From an uncultured Alphaproteobacteria bacterium (GTDB lineage: Bacteria > Pseudomonadota > Alphaproteobacteria > Rhizobiales > Aestuariivirgaceae), in NCBI GenBank assembly GCA_963780765.1, contig CAWADI010000001.1:960-64959 (forward strand): 64,000 nucleotides of DNA, given 5' to 3'. How positions within the stretch are numbered: position 1 is the stretch's first letter; each line of letters begins with the position of its first letter. The notes beneath the pieces are model-generated. The model was not told the origin of the DNA. It was given only the letters and a program-made list of their open reading frames with translations, and ran no database searches. The position numbers and the translations under genes were made by a program. Shown here one piece after another: positions 21,094-29,425 of the stretch.

Positions 21094-22552
21094 CTTCCAC
21101 GACCCTGGATGCGCCGTGTTCACCGAAGGCCCGCAGGGGCTCGAACGAGTAGATCCCGGTGCTGTGACCGTCGCTCCAGCTGACCTGAATGGCGTAGTTT
21201 CCCACGCTGGTGATCGTGCGCGGGGTCACGTCCGGTCGCACGCTCTTAGGATCCAGGAGCGGGCGCCCGCTCATCTCTTCGACACAGTGGGCGCATCGGC
21301 ACGCCAATCGGAGGTCCCGGACGTCGAAGTCATTCCGCTGGCCGTCCTCCCAGAGCACGGACAGCGTGCGAGCATCACGCCGGCGGAAGCCAATCGCCGT
21401 CGTTCGCGAGCCCGATGGCCGGATGGCACTCTCGACCCAGGCGGGCTCGCCCTTTCCGGTGTCCCAGGTCCACGCGAACGGCTTCAGGCCCGTGGTTGGG
21501 AGTCCCTGGAGGCGGCCAGCCAGTTCCGTGGCGATTGCCAGGTAAGCCATAGCAGCCACTGAGTTCGGCTTCTCCAGGACAATCGGGCGGCCTTTATCGC
21601 CGCCCATGACGATGTCTGCATCCAAGGGTATTGCGCCCAGGAACGGAACGCCGAGTTCGCTGCTCATCCGCTCACCGCCGCCACTGCGGAACACGTCTGT
21701 GCCCTTTCCGCAGTGAGGACACGTGAAGGTGCTCATGTTCTCAATGATGCCGAGGATGGGGACGTGCACCGTCTCGAACATCCTCAAACTGCGGCGGGCG
21801 ATCTTCAGGCTCACGTCCTGCGGCGTCGTCACGATGATCGCACCCGACAAAGGGTAGCTCTGCGCCAGCGTCAGCTGGGTGTCGCCGGTTCCGGGCGGGA
21901 GATCGAGAAGCAGGTAGTCGAGGTGTCCCCATTTGACGGAGCCGATGAACATGGTCAAGTACTTGCCCACCATCGGTCCGCGCAAGATGGCCGGGTTGTC
22001 GTCCCCGGTCAGCATGCCCATCGAAATCACTTTCAGGTTGTGGCGATCGGCGGGGACGATCTTGCCATCCGGGGTGGTCGTGGGCGGCTGACCGGCCGGA
22101 AGAGCCAGCATGCCAGGGATACTCGGGCCGAGAATGTCCGCATCCACGAGCCCGATCCGGCCCCCGATCTGTTGCAGCGCGACCGCGAGATTCACGCTGA
22201 CCGTGGACTTGCCCACGCCGCCCTTGCCGCTTCCCACCGCGATGACGTGGCGGATCCCGGGTAGCTTCTCTGGGCCGGCAGATGCCTGGGACGACGCGCC
22301 AGGCGCGTGCTGGTTGCCGTCGTGCGGGTTGGTCGTCTGCATACCTCGATTCCTTTCTTTCTGACCGCGCTCGGTGGCTGCTCCTACAACTCGACCTCGA
22401 CGCGACGCCGTAACGTGCGACAGCCCGTTGCGCCGGCGGACCCACCGCTCGGCGATCTTTTGAAGGTGCTCCCGAAGCCGTGAAGCGATCGTCTCAAGGC
22501 GGTTCCCATCGCTGCTCGTCGTTACGGCGAGGTCCTCTGCTATGAATGTCAT
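21086..22552 (-). CDS. Mrp/NBP35 (ApbC) P-loop Fe-S carrier fused to a C-terminal DUF971 domain
   Basis: Walker A AVGSGKGGVGKST, CxxC TFTCPHCG, C-terminal LSVLWEDGQRNDFDVRDLRLACRCAHC...YAIQVSWSDGHSTGIYSF (DUF971-like). The 70-aa N-terminal extension does not resemble DUF59. Confidence 0.85.
   Translation of the reverse strand: MTFIAEDLAVTTSSDGNRLETIASRLREHLQKIAERWVRRRNGLSHVTASRRGRVVGAATERGQKERNRGMQTTNPHDGNQHAPGASSQASAGPEKLPGIRHVIAVGSGKGGVGKSTVSVNLAVALQQIGGRIGLVDADILGPSIPGMLALPAGQPPTTTPDGKIVPADRHNLKVISMGMLTGDDNPAILRGPMVGKYLTMFIGSVKWGHLDYLLLDLPPGTGDTQLTLAQSYPLSGAIIVTTPQDVSLKIARRSLRMFETVHVPILGIIENMSTFTCPHCGKGTDVFRSGGGERMSSELGVPFLGAIPLDADIVMGGDKGRPIVLEKPNSVAAMAYLAIATELAGRLQGLPTTGLKPFAWTWDTGKGEPAWVESAIRPSGSRTTAIGFRRRDARTLSVLWEDGQRNDFDVRDLRLACRCAHCVEEMSGRPLLDPKSVRPDVTPRTITSVGNYAIQVSWSDGHSTGIYSFEPLRAFGEHGASRVVEDV
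22514..22552 (-). repeat. Inverted-repeat arm 1 (5' end of the mrp gene)
   Basis: ATGACATTCATAGCAGAGGACCTCGCCGTAACGACGAGC on the minus strand versus ATGACATTCATGGCGGAGGACCTCGCCGCGACGGTGAAC at 24145 on the plus strand (26/28 over the first 28 nt). Confidence 0.75.
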
Positions 22553-22615
22553 GGCGCCTCCCTCACAAGATTGAACAGAGTCACTGGATCGTTGTTTGTT
22601 GATGCGCCGCGCGGC

Positions 22616-23056
22616 TCAGGCCGCCCTCGCCTCTCTGCTCATGGCGCGACGGGCGTCGGTGCAGATGCGCTCGACCATCGAGGCAAATCCGTTCGAGCGC
22701 TGCGGCGTCAGATTCTCGGCCAACCCGAGACGCCGGAACACGCTCTGCGCATCGATCCGGAGAATCTCGTCCGCACATCTGCCCGAGTAGATCGCAAACA
22801 GGATGGCAATCAGCCCCCGCACGATATGGGCGTCGCTGTCGCCCTCGAAGCTGAGTCGCGGGGGCAACCCGGCGCCGCCGGCATCGCAGGCAGTCGCGAG
22901 CCAGACCTGACTGGCGCATCCCCGCACCTTGTTCGCCTCCGTGCGCGCCGCTTCCGCCAGCGGAGGCAGGCTCCGGCCGAGCTCGATCACATAACGATAG
23001 CGGTCCTCCCAATCATCCAGGAGCTGGAAGTCCGCGATGATGTTCTCGAGCGTCAT
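22616..23056 (-). CDS. sufE: SufE-family sulfur acceptor
   Basis: MTLENIIADFQLLDDWEDRYRYVIELGRSLPPL...KVRGCASQVWL (active-site Cys context). Confidence 0.88.
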   Translation of the reverse strand: MTLENIIADFQLLDDWEDRYRYVIELGRSLPPLAEAARTEANKVRGCASQVWLATACDAGGAGLPPRLSFEGDSDAHIVRGLIAILFAIYSGRCADEILRIDAQSVFRRLGLAENLTPQRSNGFASMVERICTDARRAMSREARAA

Positions 23057-23234
23057 GGGTCTTGCAGCTCATCTGCGACAGGGGACACCACGTCGTCGGC
23101 AGCCCTGGCCTCTGCTCCAGTTCCGATGTCGAGTTCGGGAGGCAGCATTGATAGCGAAACCAATCTAATTTTCTGGTCGCCCCTTGTCAATTAGTTTAGG
23201 AAAGCTACTATCCATCGACAAGCAGGAGACGGAA

Positions 23235-23828
23235 ATGAGTGAACGAGCGGTGGCCGAACTGATCGCTCATCTCGGCCGCATCGCCCACGGCGACGGCTTC
23301 GCTGCCGGGCTGACGCCGGCACAATGGACGGCGCTGCGCTACTTCGCGTCGGCCAACCGTTTCTCGCGGACACCCTCCGCCTTCGCGGAGTTCCATGCCA
23401 CGACCCGCGGCACGGCTTCGCAGACCAACGAGAGCCTGGTCGCTCGGGGCTACCTCGTCCGAACCCGGTCGGAGGCTGACGGCCGTAGCACCCGGCTCGA
23501 CCTCACGGATAGGGCCAGAGCCATCCTCGCGGACGATCCGTTCGAGGCCCTGGTGCGGGCGGCGGGCGCTCTTCCTCCCGGCGCCCGCGGCCAGCTAGCA
23601 AACGCGTTGGAGCGCATGCTCGGTCACGTCGCTCGGGAGCGCAGCAAACGGCCGTTTGGCAGTTGCACGTCCTGTGAGCATCTAGAAGGGGAAGGGAAGC
23701 CGCCTTATCGCTGCGGCTGCCTCGGCGAGCCGCTGGCTGAGGCGGAGCTCCAACAGCTCTGCATTAATTTCGCGCCGGGCCGGAACTCGGCGATGAAGCG
23801 CGCCTTTGCCGAAGGAGGGCAGAAATGA
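23235..23828 (+). CDS. MarR-family regulator with a Cys-rich C-terminal extension
   Basis: wHTH core LTPAQWTALRYF...ASQTNESLVARGYLVRTRSEADGRSTRLDLT, then FGSCTSCEHLEGEGKPPYRCGCLGEPLAEAELQQLC. GGAG lies upstream of the ATG at 23235. It is divergent from sufE. Confidence 0.8.
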   Translation: MSERAVAELIAHLGRIAHGDGFAAGLTPAQWTALRYFASANRFSRTPSAFAEFHATTRGTASQTNESLVARGYLVRTRSEADGRSTRLDLTDRARAILADDPFEALVRAAGALPPGARGQLANALERMLGHVARERSKRPFGSCTSCEHLEGEGKPPYRCGCLGEPLAEAELQQLCINFAPGRNSAMKRAFAEGGQK

Positions 23829-24148
23829 GCGCCCTGTCATCGTCCGCCGTCACCATCGAAGACGGAGAGATCACCATTGCGGCGCACCTGCTTGCGCAAA
23901 AGCTGGGGCTGTCCGTCGAGGCGCTGAAAGCGGAGATGCGCCGCGGCTACATCTATAGTCTGGGCGAACAGGGGATCGCCGAGGACGCGGGGCGCACGCG
24001 CCTCACCTTCCGCTACCGCACCCGCTCGTGGACCGTGGTGGTCGAGCCGGATGGCACGCTGATCGAGACCCCCTACGAGAGCACCAAGGGATCGCCAGCC
24101 ACCAGGGATCGAGCGAGTCTGGTGCATCTTTTGAGCAAGGCGTCATGA
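23825..24148 (+). CDS. Hypothetical protein (107 aa; I tentatively associate it with DUF6522)
   Basis: The ATG overlaps the marR stop (ATGA). Its own stop overlaps the ATG of the 30-codon mrp-5' remnant (ATGA at 24145). Confidence 0.55.
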   Translation: MSALSSSAVTIEDGEITIAAHLLAQKLGLSVEALKAEMRRGYIYSLGEQGIAEDAGRTRLTFRYRTRSWTVVVEPDGTLIETPYESTKGSPATRDRASLVHLLSKAS

Positions 24149-24183
24149 CATTCATGGCGGAGGACCTCGCCGCGACGGTGAAC
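24145..24183 (+). repeat. Inverted-repeat arm 2 (orphan copy of the mrp 5' end)
   Basis: Encodes MTFMAEDLAATV, compared with MTFIAEDLAVTT at the real mrp start. The remnant reading frame ends after 30 codons at 24237. Confidence 0.75.
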
Positions 24184-24271
24184 GTCAGATGTTCGTCTCT
24201 TGGAGAAACGGGCAATTACGTCGATCAGGTTTGTTGAAGTGGTGTTACCGCCTCTTGGAGTTGCGCAGCCC

Positions 24272-25300
24272 ATGTTGGCTCAAATCGTGTCGCACCCACC
24301 CCAGTCTCCCATGGTCGATCCCTTCGGCCGCACGGTGTCGTACCTGCGTGTGTCGGTGACCGACCGCTGCGACTTCCGCTGCGTCTACTGCATGTCAGAG
24401 CACATGACGTTTCTGCCGAAGAAGGACCTTCTGACACTCGAGGAGCTCGACCGGCTCTGCTCGGCCTTCGTCGCCAAGGGCGTCAAGAAGCTCCGCATCA
24501 CGGGCGGCGAGCCGCTCGTGCGCAAGAACATCATCTGGTTGTTCTGGGCGCTTTCGCGACACTTGAAATCGGGCGCGCTCGAAGAGCTCTCGCTGACGAC
24601 CAATGGCAGCCAGTTGCCGAAGTATGCGCAGCAACTCACCGACCTTGGCGTGCGACGCATCAACATCTCGCTCGACACGTTGAACGCCGACCGCTTCAAG
24701 GCCATCACCCGCTGGGGCGACTTCAGACAGGTCATGGGCGGCATCGAGGCGGCCGAGAAGGCAGGGCTCAAGATCAAGCTCAACGCGGTCGCGCTCAAAG
24801 GCGTGAACGAGGACGAGTTCGACGACCTCATCCGCTTCGCCCACGGCCGTGGCATGGACCTGACGCTGATCGAGACCATGCCGATGGGCGAGATCGATGG
24901 CGATCGCACCGACCAGTACCTGCCGCTCTCGATTGTGCGCGCGCGCCTCATGAACCGCTGGACGCTTCAAGACATCCCCTACCGCTCGGGTGGCCCCGCG
25001 CGTTACGTCAAGGTCAAGGAGACGGGCGGGCGCCTGGGCTTCATCACGCCCATGACCCACAATTTCTGCGAAAGCTGCAACCGCGTGCGGCTCACGTGCA
25101 CGGGCACGCTCTACATGTGCCTCGGCCAAGACGACGCGGCAGACCTGAGAACTCCGCTGCGCACGAACAGCGATGACACGCTTCTCTCCCAGGCCATCGA
25201 CGAAGCGATCTCGCGCAAACCCAAGGGCCACGACTTCGTCATCGACCGGCGCACCAAGAAGCCGGCGGTGGCTCGCCATATGAGCGTGACAGGAGGCTAG
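24272..25300 (+). CDS. moaA: GTP 3',8-cyclase MoaA (molybdenum cofactor biosynthesis, radical SAM)
   Basis: [22 protein letters not shown] (CxxxCxxC), [10 protein letters not shown], and the C-terminal [21 protein letters not shown] cluster. Confidence 0.92.
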   Translation: MLAQIVSHPPQSPMVDPFGRTVSYLRVSVTDRCDFRCVYCMSEHMTFLPKKDLLTLEELDRLCSAFVAKGVKKLRITGGEPLVRKNIIWLFWALSRHLKSGALEELSLTTNGSQLPKYAQQLTDLGVRRINISLDTLNADRFKAITRWGDFRQVMGGIEAAEKAGLKIKLNAVALKGVNEDEFDDLIRFAHGRGMDLTLIETMPMGEIDGDRTDQYLPLSIVRARLMNRWTLQDIPYRSGGPARYVKVKETGGRLGFITPMTHNFCESCNRVRLTCTGTLYMCLGQDDAADLRTPLRTNSDDTLLSQAIDEAISRKPKGHDFVIDRRTKKPAVARHMSVTGG

Positions 25301-25470
25301 GTCAGGGTGAGTGGCTTTACCGCCGAGCACGCGTGCAGGATGTGCGTCTCGCGCTGGAAAGAAGCTCCCGAAGTGGGCATCGCGCCTCCCGTCACCCTCC
25401 AATTGACGCACGAGGCGGCTCTCGATGGTGTCGATCTTGCCGATCTCAAACGCCACGCGCTGGAACTGTC

Positions 25471-26968
25471 ATGACGGCACAAACCGAAGCAGTCGATCTC
25501 TTTGCATTCGACAACAGCTACGCGCGCCTGCCGGACCGATTCTTCGCGCGGCTTCGGCCCACTCCCGTCGCTGCGCCTCGTCTAGTTCGGCTGAACGAGA
25601 AGCTCGCCTGGCATCTCGAGCTCGATCCGGGGAAGCTTGCCACACCGGAGGGTGTGGAGATCCTCGCGGGCAACCGGGTGCCCAAGAGAGGCGAGCCGCT
25701 CGCCATGGCTTATGCCGGCCACCAGTTCGGGACTTTCGTACCTCAACTCGGTGACGGACGTGCCATTCTTCTCGGCGAGGTTATCGATCGCGACGGCGTG
25801 CGCCGCGACATGCAGCTCAAGGGGTCTGGCCCAACGCCATTTTCCCGGCAGGGCGACGGACGCGCGGCGCTCGGGCCGGTCCTGCGCGAATACATCGTCA
25901 GCGAAGCGATGGCGGCGCTCGGGATCCCGACGACCCGAGCGCTCGCCGCTGTGACGACCGGCGAGACGGTTTGGCGCGAGACGCCTTTGCCCGGCGCGGT
26001 ACTGACCCGCGTCGCGTCGAGCCACATCCGTGTCGGCACCTTCCAGTTCTTCGCGGCGCGCGGGGATGTGGATGCGATCCGGCGCCTCGCCGATCACGTC
26101 ATCGCGCGGCATTACCCAGAAGCAGTTGACGCCGCGAACCGGTACCGCACCCTCCTCGACTTGGTGATCTCGCGCCAGGCAGAGCTGGTTGCGAAGTGGC
26201 TGCTCGCCGGCTTCATTCACGGCGTCATGAACACCGACAACATGTCGATGGCGGGCGAGACCATCGACTACGGCCCCTGCGCCTTCATCGACGTCTATCA
26301 CCCGGCGACGGTCTACAGCTCCATCGATAACATGGGCCGCTACGCTTACGGCAACCAGCCACGCATCGCCCAGTGGAACCTCGCCCGTCTGGCGGAGACG
26401 CTCTTGCCGCTGCTTGCAGAGGACAAGGACGCCGCCGTCAAAGAGGCGCAAGAGGCAATCAACGCATTCGCCACCCGCTTCGAGACGGCCTACGCCGCGG
26501 GCCTCAGTCGCAAGCTCGGCCTGTTCCAACCGCGGCCGGACGATCTGTCCCTGGCACAGGACCTCCTCGAGCGCATGGCCCGCAGCGGCGCCGATTTCAC
26601 CTTGACCTTCCGCCGGCTGTGCGACGCGGCTGCCAGCCCCGACGGCGACGCGGCTGTGCGCAGCCTGTTTACCGATCCGAGCGCCTTCGACGATTGGGCG
26701 GCGAGATGGCGCCATCGACTTGCCGAGGAGGGTGGAGAGCCGAACGAGCGCCGGGCGGCGATGCGTGCGGCTAACCCTGCTTTCATCCCGCGCAACTATC
26801 TGGTGGAGGAGGCGATCTCCGCAGCCGCGAACAATGGGGATTTCTCGCCCTTCGAGAGTTCTGCTGACGGTGCTCTCCATGCCTTACGAGGATCAACCGG
26901 CCTTCGGCCACTACGCCGATCCTCCGCGGCCCGATCAAGTCGTGCACCAAACGTTTTGCGGCACTTGA
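25471..26968 (+). pseudogene. selO: Protein adenylyltransferase SelO (YdiU/UPF0061) with a frame break near the C-terminus
   Basis: MAYAGHQFG...[11 protein letters not shown]...[23 protein letters not shown]. After GDFSPFE the conserved tail [35 protein letters not shown] is in ORF 26720..26968. The junction ttcgagAgttctg (about 26857) is consistent with one extra base. Confidence 0.85.
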
Positions 26969-27284
26969 CCAAGGAAGGGCAGCTCGACGCCGGCATCGTT
27001 TAGGGAGACGGTCATCAGACGCGATGGCCGCCACCCGCTGCTTTCCGCTCAGCACGGGACTTCTCCGCCTGGGTCGGGCTGGCGCGCTCGCCGTGATCCG
27101 GTATGCCAGAATCCACGGCACCAAGCACCGCCCCGTGGCTCACGGCTCTTTGGCGCGTCAGTATCGATTTCAGCAATGGATCCAATTGCGGACGTTGGCG
27201 CGCAAGACCGGCAATCAGTGCCGCTGGAGCCCTCATACGAATCTGGTTCGAAGCGAACCTCAGTCGTCCAGCATCGTTTGCCCG

Positions 27285-28535
27285 TTATTTCACACGAGCC
27301 AATCGGTTTTGCGGCGTTGGTGTGCCGTCAAGCGCATGGCTTAAATGATTGCCGATTACCTCAGAAGCCCGACGGACCGGATCATCGGCCAAATGGGTAT
27401 AGCGCTGCGTGGTCATTGGCGACGCATGCCCGAGGAGCCGTCCGATGATGGGAAGCCCGAAACCTTCACCAGCACCTATACTCGCGTGTGTGTGGCGCAG
27501 ATCGTGGATGCGGACATCATCGATGCTGGCAGCCGAACGGATGTGATCCCAAGGGCGCTTGAGATCGTGGCGCGGCCGCTCCGGGTCGGCTCCTGGAATC
27601 ACAAATCGCCCAAGACGTTTCAGCGACGATAGTACCGAGCAAGCGGCGCCGTTCAGAATTACCGGCTTTCTTCCAGTCTTTGAGTTGGGAAGCAACAGCA
27701 CCCCTCGCTCAAGATCAACCTCGTCCCAACGCAGGTTGAGGATCTCTCGCAGTCGGCAACCGGTTAACAGGAGAAGGCGAATGGCACCAGTCACGTGGCG
27801 AGGATAAACCTCAACGTGCGCTGCCGCCTTGGGGATGTGCTTCGCAGCGACACCTGAGGTCTTGATCATCCAAGGGAGGCCCTGGGTTTCCGCTTGCCGC
27901 AACACGGCGCCCAGGCGGTCAAGTTCACTAGCGCTGAGATATCGTTCCCGCCCCTCCTCCCGAAACCGCTTAACATCCCGCGCTGGATTGCATCCCTTAG
28001 GGAGGTACCCGTTCCGGATACCCCACGAGTAGACGCTGGAGGCATAGGTTATAACCCGATTGGCCCGGTAGGGATGATCGGTCAGTTTCAGGTGGATCCG
28101 GTTGAGATCGCGGGCCATGACGGTCTCGGCCCGCAGGTGTCCGAGCGCAGGAACCACATGCCTGCGCAATGCGCTTTTGTAATCTGCTCGCGTTCGCGCT
28201 TTGAGCTTGGGTCCATGGCCGGCAAGGAACTCGTCAACAAGTTCACGAACGAGAATAGCCGCTCGCTGCTCCCGGCGAGTGCCAGATGGATCGTCGCCAA
28301 GAACAGCCGAACCAAGAACGCGGCGCGCTTCGATGCGGGCCTGCTCAGCAGTAATGACACTAGAACGGCCAAGGGTGTACTGTCGTCTGATACCACCTCT
28401 CCGATAGCGACAGATGAATGTCTTTCGACCACTTGCCTCAACACGTAACCCGAAACCGGGGACTTCGGAGTCCCAGACGAAGTAGCGCGCGCCCTTCGGC
28501 GCCAGCAGGTCAACGGTTCGCTTCGAGATTTTCAT
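27285..28535 (-). CDS. Tyrosine-type site-specific integrase with DUF4102 arm-binding N-terminus (P4-like)
   Basis: MKISKRTVDLLAPKGARYFVWDSEVPGFGLRVEASGRKTFICRYR... and the catalytic region LLLLTGCRLREIL...HDLRHTHAS...LGHASPMTTQRYTH. Intact. Confidence 0.9.
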   Translation of the reverse strand: MKISKRTVDLLAPKGARYFVWDSEVPGFGLRVEASGRKTFICRYRRGGIRRQYTLGRSSVITAEQARIEARRVLGSAVLGDDPSGTRREQRAAILVRELVDEFLAGHGPKLKARTRADYKSALRRHVVPALGHLRAETVMARDLNRIHLKLTDHPYRANRVITYASSVYSWGIRNGYLPKGCNPARDVKRFREEGRERYLSASELDRLGAVLRQAETQGLPWMIKTSGVAAKHIPKAAAHVEVYPRHVTGAIRLLLLTGCRLREILNLRWDEVDLERGVLLLPNSKTGRKPVILNGAACSVLSSLKRLGRFVIPGADPERPRHDLKRPWDHIRSAASIDDVRIHDLRHTHASIGAGEGFGLPIIGRLLGHASPMTTQRYTHLADDPVRRASEVIGNHLSHALDGTPTPQNRLARVK

Positions 28536-28716
28536 GATCGGTGCCTCAACACTCTCTTCTTTACGCCGCCTAGCACAAAAATGGCGTCCATATGGCGTCC
28601 ACCTCGGAAGAAAACTACCACCATTGGCGGGCAATCAGAAGACACAAAGATCGTTCAATATCAATCAGTTGTGCAACGTGAGCCAATATCCGGAAACGAT
28701 GGGAAACGTAATATTT

Positions 28717-28784
28717 CAGACTACGAATTTGGGGGTCAGGAGTTCGAATCTCTTCGGGCGCGCCATATTTTTCAATAAGTTATC
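28717..28784 (+). pseudogene. 5'-truncated tRNA-Arg(ACG)-like fragment plus conserved 3' flank (att-like)
   Basis: cagaCTACGAAtttgggggtcAGGAGttcgaatCTCTTcgggcgcgCCA has an anticodon loop, T-arm and acceptor 3' strand but no D-arm or 5' acceptor. The following atttttcaataaGtta matches atttttcaataaCtta after the intact tRNA-Arg at 63757. Confidence 0.65.
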
Positions 28785-28856
28785 CGTATCTTCGCATCTT
28801 CGCCGGTCATGCCCTACATCCTAACTACATCGGCTGTAGCTCTCGAACTAATATAA

Positions 28857-29252
28857 GCCCCGCGTTCAATTCGCCACTTGATTGAGACGGTTGATACTTT
28901 TGAGAGAATGGAAATCGGCCTTTGTTCCCTCACGGAGAGCGTGGACACGACGACGCCGGGAGGTCGGCTCGTATTTCATATCTTTGGCGCATTGGCTGAG
29001 TTTGAGCGGGCTATCATTCGCGAACGAACCCAAGCGGGGTTGATAGCAGCAAGGCAAGCCGGCCGTCGCGGAGGGCAACCCAGGGCACTAACAGATCGCG
29101 ATATTCACGCCGCTAAAGCGATGTTGAGTGACCAAAGTATAACAGCACTTGAGGTGACGTATCGCTTGTCTGTGTCGCTCTCAACGTTGTACCGCTATAT
29201 TCCAGCGGCAAAGGAGCAATACTGCACAGCATCAAAGAGACTTGACGCGTGA
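28857..29252 (+). pseudogene. Serine recombinase (resolvase/invertase) lacking the catalytic N-terminus
   Basis: The frame opens after a stop at 28854. It reads RSIRHLIETVDTFERMEIGLCSLTESVDTTTPGGRLVFHIFGALAEFERAIIRERTQAGL...LSTLYRYI (C-terminal HTH). About 65 N-terminal residues, including the catalytic Ser, are absent. Confidence 0.8.
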
Positions 29253-29425
29253 CGCGCGAAGGCTGTGAGCGAGTTTTTTAGAAGACTGCATCGGGATACT
29301 GTACAGCATCGAAGAAACTTAACTCTGTGATGCATGAATCCCGGCAATACCGGCATAGAACTACGAATAGAAATCGCGTTGGGTTTGTGTCCTTTACATT
29401 GCTTTGCTTAAGGCAAAACTGATAA

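Noticed and set aside
24145-24271. Moco riboswitch in the moaA leader
   Set aside because: I cannot recall or align the Moco motif consensus reliably by eye. The first 39 nt are explained by the duplicated mrp 5' end. A covariance-model scan would be needed.
27233-27275. A second tRNA-like remnant just beyond the integrase stop (catacgaatctggttcgaagcgaacc shares acgaatctgg and ttcgaa with the tRNA-Arg sequences). It would make the integrase flanked by att-like repeats.
   Set aside because: The match is only about 10-11 nt plus a short T-loop-like motif. That is about what chance would give in 64 kb, and no acceptor or flank similarity follows.
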